Positions 1-13,169 are shown, numbered from the stretch's first letter. The stretch: 64,000 bases of DNA from Heptranchias perlo (GCF_035084215.1 NC_090357.1:9920001-9984000); one strand, 5' to 3'. Notes: generated by a model from the letters alone, not told the origin. Made by a program: numbers and translations.

Positions 1-374
1 TTAAAACAAGCCTGCCTTAATGTTTGGACTGGGAAGAAGGTTTGAACAGACACAGATAAGTTGCATCACAATTACTTCACATGCAAGTGACACAATGTTT
101 TTGTGATGCGTTTTGACACAAATTGCATTGTTCTAATTCAGTATTTGGCAAACCCTTTCTGTTTTTTTTAACAAATAGTTTTGCATAAAGATTCATGCCC
201 TTTAGGAAAAAAAAATTTCCCTGACTCTCCAGTGCAAAGACCAGAAATAAGATAGAGTATATAAGATCATCTTCGAACCATGTTAGTAGAGAGCAAATAT
301 CGTAAAATAATTCTGAATTAATATGCTTTGACAATTTTCTCCATCAAAATACAGGTTCAGGAGACTGCTTGTGT

Positions 375-645
375 TTTTTTTAATCATTCTTTCGGAATTG
401 AGCATCACTGGCAAGGCCGGCATTTATTGCCCATTCCTAGTTGCCCCTTGAAAAGGTGGTGGCCAGCCGTCTTCTTGAACCGCTGCAGTCCGTGTGGTGA
501 AAATACTCTCACAATGTTGTCAGGTAGGGAACTTCTTGAGTGTTGTTGCAGCTGTGCCCATCCTGGCAAATGGAGAGTATTCCACCACACTCCTGACTTG
601 TGCTTTGTAAGTGGCTTTGGGGAGTCAGGAGCTGTCTTCGTTGTG
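375..645 (-). mobile_element. CR1-clade LINE (family B) 3' fragment with internal deletion
   Basis: The minus strand gives ...SLPDNIV...GLQRFKKTAGHHL..., the same C-terminus and 3' tail as the copies at 31.2 and 40.5 kb. At about 530 it jumps to an upstream RT segment. Confidence 0.85.
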
Positions 646-799
646 ATGGCTGATTTTAGAAGTTAATAAGAAGAACACATTTTTTTCAGAGGTCTTTGCT
701 TATCTTTGTGTTGGGCCCAATGTCCCCTTTTCTCCTACATGTACATAACAACACAGGCAACCAAGAACAAGGCAAAAGTAATTTAGCACTGGATAGGCT

Positions 800-1040
800 G
801 ATGTCAGCTTGGCTTAGTTTGTAGTACCCTCACCTCTGGATCTGAAGATTATGGGTTCAAGTCCCATGCCAGGATTTAAGCATAGACTTGTGCAGTAATG
901 AAAGGGGGTGCTGCATTATCAATGGTGCTATCTTTGAATGAAATATTAAACTGTGCTCTCATCTGTCTGTTTGGGTAGATGGTGAAGGTCCATGGCACCA
1001 TTTGAAGAGTAGGGAGAAGACTTGAATATTTATTCTTCGC
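800..1040 (+). mobile_element. Degenerate DeuSINE (SacSINE1-like)
   Basis: A-box TGGCTTAGTTTG and B-box GGTTCAAGTCCC are followed by a body alignable by eye to the full copy at 20676-21100. Confidence 0.75.
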
Positions 1041-1149
1041 CCAAATATAATATAATTTGTATTCACTGATACAAAAGTGGAAGTGGATAGATTAACTTTA
1101 CCATGAATTTAACATTGTTTTGAATAGTTTCAACACTGAGATCTTCATA

Positions 1150-1770
1150 TGATATTTATCACAGGAAGGTTCAGGGAAGATAAACAAGGATAATTCTAGG
1201 ATTTAGGGTTCTAATTATGAAGGGAAACAAAAGATGTTCAAGGGGAGTCAAACTCCAAGCCTTTATTTAAATGCTCAGGGGCATTGATAGGTAGATGTAG
1301 GCAGAACTAGAGGGTGCAGGTTTAAAATTAACAAGTCTCAAATGAGATTTGGGATCAGAGGAAGCTTTTTTACCCAAAAAGTAATGGATATGCTGAACAG
1401 TCTCTCAGCAAAAACGGTTGAAGCTGAACAATTAACTCCTTCAAAAAGGAACTGGATAAATATCTGGTAGGAAATGGGATCACTGATTATACAAAATAGA
1501 CTGAGATAATTGCATATTCCTCAGAACACATTGGTTCCTCTGCTGCTAGGGCAGGGGAATAATTTTGTCTAGGAAAGAGAGCAGATCAAGGTGGAACAGT
1601 GAAGGTGATAGAATGGGGAAATATTCCAGAGTTTTGCTTGAGAACCTTTGGGAACCAAGAACTTTTATGCAGGACTTTGCCTCAGATTAAACGGATGGAG
1701 TGGATTTCATGATAGGGTAGACTGTACATGGTCTATGCAATGAGAAGGCTTGATAGGCCCAATGACCTAT
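1150..1770 (+). mobile_element. Old CR1 LINE 3' end
   Basis: A decayed RTRG.RFKI...R.FFTQKV...NSL...VEA...FKKELDKYL C-terminal motif is followed by a 3' UTR-like tail. Confidence 0.7.
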
Positions 1771-3380
1771 TACATGGAATTACATAGAATGTACAGCACA
1801 GAAACAGGCCATTCGGCCCAACAGGTCCATGCTGGTATTTATGCTCCACATGAGCCTCCTCCACCCCTAATTCATCTAACCCTATCAGCATATCCTTCTA
1901 TTCCTTTCTCCCTCATGTGTTTATCTAGCTTCCCCTTAAATGCATCTGTGCTAGTTACCTCAACTATTCCTTGTGGTAGTGAATTCCGCATTCTAACCAC
2001 TCTCTGGATAAAGAAGTTTCTACCTGAATTTCCTATTGGATTTATTAGTGACTGTCTTATATTTATGGCCCCTAGTTCTGGTCTCCCCTGCAAGTGGAAA
2101 CATCTTCTCTATGTCTACCCTATCAAATTCTTTCATAATCTTAAAGACCTCTATCAGGTCACCCCTCAGTCATCCCTTTTCTAGAAAAAAGAGCTTCAGC
2201 CTGCTCAATCTTTCCTGATAGGTGTAACCTCTCAGTTATGGTATCATCCTAGTAAATCTTTTTTGCACTTTCTCCAGTGTCTCCATATCCTTTTTATAAT
2301 ATGGAGACCAGGACAGCTCACAGCACTCTAAGTATGGCCTAACCAAGGTTCTATATAAGTTTAACATAACTTCTCTGCCTTTCAATTCTATCCCTTGGTG
2401 CTTGGTTTGTTTATTTTATGGCCGTATTAACCTGCATCGCTGCTTTTAGCAATTTGCATATCTGTACCCCCCGATCCCTCTACTTCTCTACCCCATTTAG
2501 ACTCTTATTATCCAAGCAGTATGCAGCCCTCTTTTTCTTCGTACCAAAATGTAATACCTCAAACTTATCTACATTGAAATTTATTTGCCTATTATACGCC
2601 CATTCTGCAAGTTTATTAATGTCTTCCTGTATTAACTATACCCCCCAATTTGGTGTCATCTACAAATTTTGAAATTGTACTATTGATTCCCGACTCCAAA
2701 TCGTTTATGTAAATAGTGAACAGTGGTCCCACCACCAATCCTTGTGGAACACCACTTCCCACCTTTTGCCAGTCTGAGTAACTACCTTTAACCCCTACTC
2801 TCTGTTTTCTGTTTTGTAGCCAGCTTGCTATCCATTCTGCTACTTGTCCCCTGACTCCACATGCTCTGACTTGAGTCCACTATGCAGTACCTTATTGAAG
2901 GCCTTTTGAAAATCCAAATGTATTACATCTACTGCATTACCTTGTCTACCCTTTCTATTACTTCTTCAAAGAATTCAATAAGGTTGGTCAAGCATGACCT
3001 TCCCTATTGAAATCTGTGCTGACTATTCTTTATTATATTCGGTTTCTAGATGTTTTTCTATTACGTCTTTGAGTAAAAATTCCATTATCTTTCCTACCTC
3101 CAACGATAAGCTAATTGGTCTATAGTTCCCTGGACTGGCTCTATCTCTCTCTTTAATATAGGACTAACATTAGCTGTCCACCAGTCCTCTGGCACTATTT
3201 CCTTTTCTAATGAATTTTTATATATATGTAATAGTGCCCCTGTTATCTCTTCCCTACCTTCTTTTAATATGTGCAGATTCAATCCATTCGGTCCAGGGAT
3301 TTTATCCTCTCTTAAGTTTGATTAGTTTATCAATTATCTCCCCCCTTTCTAACTTAAATATCTTTATATCTTGTACTTTA
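1770..3380 (-). mobile_element. CR1 LINE (family A), 5'-truncated RT and 3' UTR
   Basis: ORFs 1872-2093 (RNFFIQRVVRMRNSLPQGIVE..FKGKLD) and 3094-3282 (VPEDWWTANVSPI) are CR1 ORF2 motifs. The tail repeat lies at about 1770-1795. Confidence 0.95.
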
Positions 3381-4549
3381 TTCTCACTCCATGCTTTCTT
3401 ACGTTCTCAAAAGGTAGTGGCAGAGTCAACCTGCCGACTGCCATCTTTGATATGACTGAATAGGCTGTGTTTTCCAGCACTTTTATAAACCAAGTTTCAT
3501 GCTTACAAGAAGAATGCTTTTGACAAGAAGAGGTATTTAATAATTGAATCTGTATCTGCTCTTAAAACATCAATAGTTTATGTAAATCCCACAACCCCAA
3601 AGAAACATCGAGTTCTGAGATAAGATGCTGTGCTATGTTACTCTGCTCTTCTCTGGTGTAGATCTGACAAGTCATGCTGAAATATTAATTTTTTTAAAGC
3701 TTACATTTGTGATGAGTGTCTGAATAACAAATCCAGAACTCACTTTTAGCAAGAAACTTTAATTGAACATGACACTAAAATGCTGTCTTCACATTAAAAA
3801 CAAATTGCCAAGTACCAGCTAGGTACTTAAAAATATATTTAAATTAAACATTGCATTCACTATATTGAGGCACTACATATCTGAACTGTGCCATTTAATT
3901 AGTGTAAGGACATCTCTTGAAGTTCCACCTCTTCTTCCTCTGCCTTCATCTAATTTGCATAATTAATCCATTAATTACAGGAAGTGGGCTGAAGTTGGTA
4001 CTTAATCCCTAGGCAATTGAAATAATTAAAGATGTAAAATGTTTCCCATACAAGAGTTTATTGTGCTATCAAACCTGAAGGTGACAAGAATTTGATAATA
4101 CAATGTGTGTGCATGAGAAAGTATTAAAAAGATGGCAGTTGTTGGAATGTGAACACAAAGAAAATATTATCAAAACAAAGACTATTGAGTATGTTAATGC
4201 AGCACACACGGACTCCGGTGAAATGTGGCATTGAGTGGGGTTCATGCCTGCAATACCTTCACTTGGTGAGTTTCTGGTCTCAGGTTGCTGTTTTGAGAAG
4301 GTATCAAGTGATGGTTTGGTGTTTCTAAGATTGCCACTGGATTTTGAGTAGTAAGTGTGAAATTTTCTAAAATGAAGTTTGGGACAACAAAAGTCAGGTT
4401 AATTTTTCTCTCCACTTATTTATGTGTCACATGATTATGGTCACAAAGGTTTTCAAAGAATTTTCAGCAGCAGCAAGAGTAAATGTCATGGCTCAAGCCA
4501 TGATCTCATCCTCTGTCTGGGTTTGGACTTTGCAAATGGTGGGAAGCTT

Positions 4550-4765
4550 TTTTTAAAAACTTAGTTCTCGGGCCGTGGGGGAAGCCAGCATAAAGCGTCA
4601 TTTTTTGCCCATCCCTAGTTGTCCTAAGAAAGTGATCGTGGGCCTTCTCCTTGAGCTGTTTCAGTCTTGTGCTGATGGTGCTCCCAACAATGGTTTTGGG
4701 TAGGGAATTCCAGGATTTTGACCCAGCGACATTGAAGGAACGGCAATATATGCCCAAGTCCGGAT
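4550..4765 (-). mobile_element. CR1-clade LINE family B 3' fragment
   Basis: ORF 4506-4757 contains RSFNVAGSKSWNSLP, as in the other family B tails. Confidence 0.85.
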
Positions 4766-5200
4766 GTGTACCGAATGGATGACGTTCTAGTATATGGAGA
4801 GACGTAGTCTATCTTAAGAAGTGCAAATTCTCAAAAGGCAGAAACAAATTTTTGGACCATGTAATAGATCCCACAGACTCAAAATGGACCCTGACAACAA
4901 CCAGGGTATGGAGAATATATCTCAACTTTGAAACATGTGAGATTTGTTGCTTTCTATGTTAATTAGGCAAATTTTCTCCATACTTAGCTTTGGGGTATCT
5001 CTTGTGCAAAAACAAATCTTGCATTTGGAGTTCTGAAGAACGGAGAGCATTCCAAGCAGAAAAAAAGAAAGGACCAAGTACATCATCTACTCCAAGATGA
5101 CCCTGGTGGAGAAACCTATATGTTTGCAGGTACTTCTTTTTATGGACTATTCTACTACAGAAATCCGAGCAAGGACAATGGCTTGCAAGGATAATAGCAC
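4766..5200 (+). mobile_element. Gypsy/Ty3 LTR-retrotransposon RT-RNase H relic
   Basis: MDDVLVYG starts at 4775. It is followed in order by KKCKFS, FLDHVI, KMDPD, LGKFSPYLA, IWSSEERRAFQ and ASFYGL-like (TSFYGL) segments, broken by frameshifts and deletions. Confidence 0.75.
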
Positions 5201-5659
5201 CACTAAGGTATCTTTGTTTGCTACAACTGAAAGTTGGTGTTACTTTGCCAGCATTTTGATCCCACAGCCCCTCCTGTTTGCCTATTATTTGCAGAACTTC
5301 CTGTTCATGTGGTCTCAGGGTTTTCAGTCTTAGTGCTCCACCCCCAGTTGCAGTTCATTGCTAGTGATTGTATGCCACATTTTCCTCTGTTAGTGGCATA
5401 GAGATCTATTTTTCCACATATGAAAGCATGCATTCCATGATGAAGAGAAATGTAGGTGCCTTGTGCCTGTAAGTCATTTCCTTGAAGACTAGCAGAAGTT
5501 CATAGTGTGTGTTCAGATGGTGCTTGAGTGTTTGCAGAGGTTGCCCTTTGCATGTAAGCTTCCTTGGCACCCAGATGCTGATCGAAAAGGACTATGAGAG
5601 GTAAGGATGTGAGTGAAAACTCTATCAGTGGTAGAGGATGTGGATTGGCAACAGTGCCT

Positions 5660-6215
5660 TGGCATTCCTCTGCTAGCCTTGAGAGGTCACTGAACCTCTT
5701 CCTGCATTGTGTCCCATACCTCTCTCCTACAACAACAACAGCTTGCATTTACACAGTGCCTTTAACATAGTAAAACATCCCAGGGCACTTCAAAGGAGTG
5801 TCATCAGACAAAATTTGACCCTGAGCCACGTAATGAGATATTAGGAAAGGTGACCAAATGCTTGGTCAAAGGTAGGTTTTAAGGAGCATCTTAAAGGAGG
5901 ACAATAAGGCAGAGAGGTTTAGAGAGGGAATTCCAGAGCTTAAGAGCTAGGCAGCTAAAGGCACAGTCGACAATTGTGGAGTGATGAGAACCGAGGATGC
6001 GCAAGAGGCCAGAATTGGAGGAGCGCAGAGATCGCGGAGGGTTGTAGGGCTGGAGGAGGTTACAGAGATAGGGAGGGGAGAGGCCATGGAGGGATTTGAA
6101 CACAAGGATGAGAATTTTAAAATCAAGGTGCCCTCAGTGCTCAACAGAGGATCCCCTTTTTGCCCTAACTTCATCCAACAACACCACCTCGGATACAGAA
6201 GAAGATCAGCCCTTC
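5660..6215 (-). pseudogene. PIF/Harbinger Myb/SANT-like accessory gene relic, split by an L2 insertion
   Basis: EVVLLDEVRAKR (about 6145-6195) and TQCRKRFSDLSRLA (about 5670-5715) match the N- and C-terminal parts of the Harbinger Myb/SANT trihelix domain. Confidence 0.65.
5728..6130 (-). mobile_element. L2-clade LINE 3' end
   Basis: FKSLHGLSPPYLCNLLQPYNPPRSLRSS...AFS...KLWNSL, with tail ...AAATGCAAGCTGTTGTTGTTG. Confidence 0.9.
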
Positions 6216-6929
6216 CTGATGTGGAACCCCCTCCCCACTGACGACCCCTGCCCCAAGGCTGCTGCTCCTTCACACGAGAAGAAAAAACTGTGCCCACTGT
6301 ACACCAACAGCTCATCCTCATTTTGATTTGATTTAATAACTGTTTCTTAGCAAACCAAAAGCTAGAAACTGTTAAACTTTCTTTCAACCACTATTGAGTG
6401 CTGTAAGTGCTGTCAGTCGAGAAGGCTGTTTCAAGGATATATAAATTAAACATTCATATGGAATCCATTATACAATAAGATATTGATACTTATTACAGTT
6501 AACAGTCCCTCTGAGTTGGAATTCGCTCAGCAACATCCACAGAGTTGATACTTTTCATACACCACCGAGTAATGAATCTAATACAATACATCTCTGATGA
6601 ATTGAGCATTGGTTCAAGATGACATGATAACATCAACACTGCAATCCAAGTTGGCCTCATTTGCCTCTATCTAGTTAACTAGCTCAGTGTTGTTGGACTA
6701 AGCACCAGCTTGGCCTCATCCTGCTAAATTTAACAAACCCATTATTAGTACCATGAGATTACAAAAAGTTTATTTTCATTTAGCATGCACATAGAGCTGT
6801 CCCTCTACTGTCATGCAGATTGGTAGCAGCGAGCATACAGCTGGGCTCTTGTGAACTAGGTATGGCCTGACACTTGAGGAGGTGTGATGTCCTATCGACA
6901 GATATAGATTGATCTTTTAGCTGAATTGT

Positions 6930-7095
6930 GGGCCCTGAAATTCCACTGGGTTCTCCCAGCCTTAACTTTGGCAGGAGATCAGTGGAAAACCCAGACAAAT
7001 AGTTTTAGTGGATGCTTCGAACCATTTACATCATGTCTCTGGATGTTCCACTGGTCTGCTGCCAGAGAATACCCTGCAGAATTTATAGGGGGTGG
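6930..7095. mobile_element. Degenerate Harbinger-type MITE
   Basis: Imperfect terminal inverted repeats GGCCCTGAAATTC ... GAATTTATAGGG, with internal dyad symmetry. Confidence 0.45.
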
Positions 7096-7311
7096 TCTTT
7101 TAACAGAAAATTTTTATTTCTTGAGTTACTTCAAAATGTAGAGTCAGGGTTAGAATACACTCCAATTCGGGGGAACAATGCAAGGCCCTTATTGTGATAA
7201 CACACTGTAAAATATGATCTGCAGATACACTTTACTTTAAGCAAGCTTGAGATCATCAGACTAGATTTGGAGACGGGATCTAGTGGAAATACTCACTTTT
7301 AGAGGCTGGGA

Positions 7312-8212
7312 GATATATTTCCAAGTCGGGATGGTGTGTGACTTGGAGGGGAATGTGCAGGTGGTGTCGTTCCCATGTGCCTGCTGCTCTTGTCCTTCTA
7401 GGTGGTAGAGGTCGCGGGTTTGGGAGTTGCTGTTGAAGAAGCCTTGGCGAGTTGCTGCAGTGCATCCTGTGGATGGTACACACTACAGCCACAGTGCGCC
7501 GGTGGTGAAGGGAGTGAATGTTTAGGGTGGTGGATGGGGTGCCAATCAAGTGGGCTGCTTTGTCCTGGATGGTGTCAAGCTTCTTGAGTGTTGTTGGAGC
7601 TGCACTCATCCAGGCAAGTGGAGAGTATTCCATCACACTCCTGACTTGTGCCTTGTAGATGGTGGAAAGGCTTTGGGGAGTCAGGAGATGAGTTACTCGC
7701 TGCAGAATACCCAGCCTCTGACCTGCTTTTGTAGCCACCGTATTTATATGGCTGGTCCAGTTAAGTTTCTGGTCAATGGTGACCCCCAGGATGTTGATGG
7801 TGGGGGATTTGGCGATGGTAATGCCGTTGAATGTCAAGGCAAGGTGATTAGACTCTCTCTTGTTGGAAATGGTCATTGCCTGGCACTTGTCTGGCGCGAA
7901 TGTTACTTGCCACTTATCAGCCCAAGCCTGGATGTTGTCCAGGTCTTGCTGCATGCGGGCTCGGACTGCTTCATTATCTGAGGGGTTGTGAATGGATCTG
8001 AACACTGTGCAATCAACAGCGAACATCCCCATTTCTGACCTTATGGTGGAGGGAAGGTCATTGATGAAGCAGCTGAAGATGGTTGGGCCTAGGACACTGC
8101 CCTGAGGAACTCCTGCAGCAACGTCCTGGGGCTGAGATGATTGGCCTCCAACAACCACTACCATCTTCCTTTGTGCTAGGTATGACTCCAGCCACTGGAG
8201 AGTTTTCCCTGA
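7312..8212 (-). mobile_element. CR1-clade LINE family B reverse transcriptase fragment (inactive)
   Basis: The 294-aa ORF has GVPQGSVLGP, FINDLP, QQDLD, WQVTFAPDKC and LGVTID. The catalytic FADD is mutated to FAVD, and both ends are truncated. Confidence 0.95.
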
Positions 8213-8984
8213 TATCTAATAGACTAAGTGGGGGCGGGGGTTGAGGCTGAGTAGGAGGATATCTTCTCCCTTCTTGATCACCATTATTGCAGGCCTAAAT
8301 TCCCTTCTGACCAATACCAGGTACCTGTGAGAACAATACTTATCCCATCTTTGTGGCCCAGGTTGAAGTACCGGTCTCCAAAGGTGAGATGTGATGACTG
8401 AGGCCAGTGCCTGAAGCTTCTATACCATCAGTTCACCTGTGCTTTTATCCTGACATTTCCAGTTAATGTTTTAGTGCAGATTTTTAGGCTGCGTGCCAGT
8501 ATATTTTTTAAGACATACATTGAACTGTCCCTCTCCAGACTGACTGTAATTGGCTGCTTGTTCTGGGTAATTGCTGAAAACAAGTTAAAATCACATTATT
8601 TCCATGACTACAGCAAAATGCAAAAACTTTCACAGCAATGTTTATTCTTAACTTAAAGAGCCTTTTGCATCCAATGTATCTCTAAAAAGCACCACAGTCT
8701 AAAGCTGAGTATTTAAAGTACAAAAACTTAGGAGACTCTGAGCACCACAATGAAGAATGTGTACAAAGTGATTAACATTTTAAAAAATATAAATTGTTTG
8801 AGGTTAACTGTAGACGGAGCGGAATTCTAGAATTGGGTGTTTGCTTAAATAATGATACTTGTTTTTTGCTTCTCCATGACAGAATATAAGTAGGATTCAA
8901 GGCAATGCAAAACCTACATGTTTCAATGCAGCGTTCAATCATTTTGTAACCAGCTTGTTGGATTTTGTTTTATCTAGGGGGCCA

Positions 8985-9262
8985 GATACAGATACAGATC
9001 AGGTTTGATTTCACTGTGTGCTGGTTAGCTGATCTCAGGCAGGGTGTTAGTGAGCATGATACAGTTACCCACAGTGTTCCTGGGCTGAGAAGAGGAAATC
9101 AGCTTGGGTTCCAGCTACTGTTTGTTGTCCAATGACCCTTGCTAGAAACGTGAAGTGACTGGATATTGGGTACGGACAGGGTCAGTTCAGATGTGATGCT
9201 CACTATGATCAGATAACCTGTCAGTACTCGTATATGAAGAATGGCCTGGTGGATGAGGTATT
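8985..9262 (+). mobile_element. tRNA-derived SINE (AmnSINE2-like family)
   Basis: GGTTTGAT..TGTGCTGGTTAGCTGATCTCAG...GAAGAATGGCC is shared with more than 10 copies in the window. The family name is from recollection of the consensus. Confidence 0.7.
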
Positions 9263-9779
9263 AATGAGGAATATTAAAGCAATTTAAATACTTGGGTTAT
9301 TTCAGGTGTTCTATTTTTAGTGTCAAAAACTGGGAGTAAATCGGGAGGAAAAGTAGAACCCTAAAAATCCCAGGTAAATTTAGAAAAAATCAGTAAAAAT
9401 CACTTTTATTTGGAACATTGTTGAAATTCAAGAAGATGAGCAAAGGCACAATTAAGCTAAATGACAACCTGGCATTATTTACAGTTCACGGGCAGCATGT
9501 TTATAGGTTTCAATGTCAGTTACGAAAGTATTTTTTCAAATTTATATTACTAAAAAAAATCTTAAATGTACCATTGTGGGCAAGATCAGAATTTGAGCAT
9601 GATTGAAGTCAAATTTGGATAAACCAGAAAATTTTAATAATTGTAAATGTAGCAAAGTCTGTTTGACTTGGATCATGATGGTGCAAAGCTTGTCGAATTA
9701 TATATCTAGTCATCTTCAATAATCATATTTTGGTTTCTTGAAGCAAGTTGCATTATCTAAACGTAGTTTCAATACACGT

Positions 9780-10720
9780 GTTCCAGAAACAATCAAGACA
9801 ATTCTATGTTGAATTTAGCACTGAAAAATAGGTCCCAAGATCGTGGGATCCGATTTTCAGTGGGAAGAACAGGGAGAATTACAAGGAAGATATGCTTTTT
9901 CCCTCAAAAATTGGAAGAGGATCAATCTTTACTAATTCACCAACCCAGAAAATTCCAAGAATTTATGGTGGAAGTCGTTAAAAAGTGACTTTAAAAACTG
10001 ACCTTAGGCACTATGGACTGCTGCCGATTGTGGAACCTCGTGCCTGTTTAAGTCGCTGTCTTCAGAAAAGGGGAAGAAAACTGGCAAAGAAAGATTGTAT
10101 TTTATTGACAAGAATTGGACAGTTTTGGACAATTTGTACAGCATAATGGGAAAATTGGAAAATGTCATGCATGCACAGTAAGGGAAGTTTCTCACTGACC
10201 GATGAGGTGCCAAATGAGGTGTTTACATGAACAATGAACAAATCGGCATTTGTAAAGGTAAAACTGGGCAGAGGAGGGGTCATTAATCTGTTGTTTAAGT
10301 GCACATTATGTGTCTGGACCGACAAACTAGACACTTGAATGAAAAATCCTCCAAATGCCACCTGGTTAATGAAACAGGCTTCTATGGAAATTAATGGTAG
10401 GAATTGTGGCTTTTAATAAGTCAATACACTTGCATTGTGTATACCTGAATGCAGTAGACTGTTGGCACTTGACCTCTGTGATAATGTATGCATCTACTGT
10501 ACGGCTTTTGCATGAGAAAAAAAATAGCATCATAACCATTCAACAAGTTTAGTCAGAAATCTGCCATAAAAACATTCAAAGCATCAACAACTAGCTGTCA
10601 CTGTCAGCCCGAGAAACGCATGGCCTTGTCAGATACCCAAGGAACAGAAAATCACCGAGGAGTAATAAACAGGTTCAAACAAAAGAGCTTTGACATTTGT
10701 TTTTTGTCTTGATATAAACA
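9780..10720 (+). pseudogene. Decayed hAT-superfamily transposase
   Basis: Motifs occur in order with plausible spacing: LNLAL (9809), D..(R)WN(S) (about 10016-10040), NWTVLDNLYSIMGKLENVMHAQ*G, CLD(P)R (about 10311), and a C-terminal A.K...STTS...EK...NR.....FL dimerisation-like segment. Many stops and frameshifts. Confidence 0.55.
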
Positions 10721-11744
10721 GGATCCAAGATGCTCACCCCATCTTGTAATAAAGTTCTACAGAAACAAAGGTCAGTGCTCTTTCGCCCTGTGAAAACATG
10801 ACCTTAACTGATTTGAGTGATTTTGAAACATTTGAAGGTCAGGTTCAACAACATGAAATGAGTGAAAAACCTTAGTGTTGCAGCCTGTGAATCTGATTGA
10901 AGAAGAACAGCAAGCTTCTTATCACCGTGTCGTATACACAGTGCATCCTGTATAAGGTATCACCATGTACATTTTGTAGTATAACAGTGGTTAGAAAAAA
11001 AAGGCACAGAATTTGTCTGACCACTCCGATATGGATGTTGTGAATGCTGGTATTGAAATCAATGCCATCACTTGTAATTAAGTTTGTGTATTTTGTTTCA
11101 TGTTATTCTGTTGGATAATTTGCAAGTGTTGAATTTAACAGCAGTATTTTGAACATCCACTTTTTCAGAAACTCGGTTATACCTTGCGCCTATCGTAAAC
11201 ATACATTCAAGCCTGCTTTCAGCAATATATCATATCCATTATCCACTGTACCTAAGAGCTGGTTATTGGCAAAACTGTGGTTAATAGTCCTCTCTATTTA
11301 CTATTTAATCTGTGTTTAGCTTGCTGAAACTCTCATTGACTTGAGGCCAATTTGCAAGAAATTTGCTGACCAAACAGTACATAGTTTTGAGGTGAGATGT
11401 AAGGAGGCGAAGGAAGCCTAAAAGGAAATAAGGAGGGGCTGATGTTAACTAAAATATTGATTTATACCAATCTTAGCCTCAAAATGAATATTGATTTCCT
11501 GGAGCAAAACCAATATATTCACTAACTCCCCACTGAGGTACAAGTAGTGATTTAATGAACCAACGAACAAATTCCAGTACATACACATGCTTGCTGCCCG
11601 ACACAGGAGACTTCTTGTATAGACATTTTATGATCTATCCTACTTCTGTTCAATGATGTTGTTACATAAGCGCTACGGGCTTACAGCTAATATTGAAAAC
11701 ATTCAAAATAAAGCTTGAAGAGTTGCCATAGCACCCACCTACCC

Positions 11745-11975
11745 TGATCACTTAGTAAGTAAATACACATGGGGTGGTACTGAGTCACAGAGACCCAAAT
11801 GTTTCAGGTTTGATACCGGTCTGTGCTGAGTTCAGCCAGAGAAATACAATGGACCTCGGGACTCATGGTCCAGTTAAGGGAAAAGTCAGCTCCTGATTAC
11901 GATCCAGAGATGCCTGCTGGAATGTGCATGTTTGAACGTTAGATGAGGAAAGACTGGACTCCACACAATCTGTGT
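11745..11975 (+). mobile_element. AmnSINE2-like SINE
   Basis: GGTACTGAGTCACAGAGACC..CAGGTTTGATACCGGTCTGTGCTGAGTT head and body. Confidence 0.7.
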
Positions 11976-12033
11976 AATATAACTGATGTGTAAAAAGGTT
12001 CACATTTAGTTTCTGTAATATAATAGACATCAT

Positions 12034-12214
12034 AGGCCCGGTTTTAAGATACGCATTTCTGGCGGGGAACCTCACCCATGGTGATTGGTAAATTGTGGGT
12101 GTGTATTCCCTAATTTTCCATCCATTAAAATAAATGGACGGAAAATCATGGGAGTGCCCCTCTGATTTTCCAGCATGCTCGCCTGAGGAAGGGTGCATTC
12201 CTAAACCTGGCCCT
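12034..12214. mobile_element. Palindromic MITE (Harbinger-like)
   Basis: Imperfect TIRs AGGCCCGGTTTTAAG / CCTAAACCTGGCCCT and a central hairpin ATTTTCCATCCATT..AATGGACGGAAAAT. Confidence 0.65.
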
Positions 12215-12349
12215 TTTGGCAAGTGGTTTTGTTCAAGACTGAGAAATTTGTCAGTTATTGATCCTGCTGTCTAATGGTCCAGTGGATGCAACCAAAATTT
12301 GTTTTTTAATCTTTGTTCTCCAACAGTGTGTTTAGTAAATGAAAGAAAA

Positions 12350-12670
12350 ATGCTCACGTAGCTTAGTTGATAAATACAGTACAGTGTGGAACTGAGCCAT
12401 GTGGAGCATGAAGTCTCCAGGTTTGATTCCCAGTCTATGTTGCATTAACTGCTATCAGTCAGGGTACTCCTGCGCTGGGGGAAAAATATCTAGGGCTCCT
12501 ACTCCTGACCACTGTCCAGTGTCCAGTGACTCCTGAAGCTATGTATGGATATTAAATGAGGACTTGAGTGCCAAATATCCTGCTGACTCTTACTGTCTAG
12601 GTAGCTGCAGGCTGCAGCCATACCCCAACAAGATTCTGTGCTTTCAGGAGAGAAAGGGAGGAAACTGAAG
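12350..12670 (+). mobile_element. AmnSINE2-like SINE
   Basis: A-box TAGCTTAGTTG, B-box GGTTTGATTCCC and tail TTCAGGAGAGAAAGGGAG. Confidence 0.7.
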
Positions 12671-13169
12671 AAAAAACTTAATTTAATTCCTCTAAATAGA
12701 ATAGCCCCATTGCATAGTGCATTGGAACACCGTTCCAGAATATTGATAACCATCGAGAAGTTTCACTTGGTGGTTCCTGGACCATCATGGGAGGTAGCAG
12801 AAGAGCCAAGGTGAAGGTACTTCTCCTGAGCAAAGCAATAATTCAGCATGAGTCAACTTGTACTGCTCTCACACACCTCCCACTGACTGGCTCAAAAGCA
12901 ACATCAGCAGTGATCTAGAAGCAGATCTCCATCTGTCCTCTCAGTGGCAGATTTAAGGAACAGGTACAAAATACCTGGCATTGTTCTGTTAAAGGGAAAT
13001 AGAATGATGAAATATAATTCAGCAAGACATACTTTCAGACTACATGCCAGCCCTTTAGCCTGCCAATTGGAGATTGTGGGAACCAAATACAAGTTGCCAA
13101 CAGGTTATTTAATGCTCTTGCGAGTATATTTCTATTGAGGTAGATTTGATGGTGATACCCATTGTGGAA

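Noticed and set aside
1750-2184. 144-aa + strand ORF and similar ORFs (44127, 24112, 61681, 7550)
   Set aside because: These are antisense shadows of CR1 ORF2 or its 3' UTR.
7280-8164. Longest ORF (294 aa) as a functional RT gene
   Set aside because: It is a truncated LINE fragment with catalytic FADD changed to FAVD, no endonuclease and no 3' tail.
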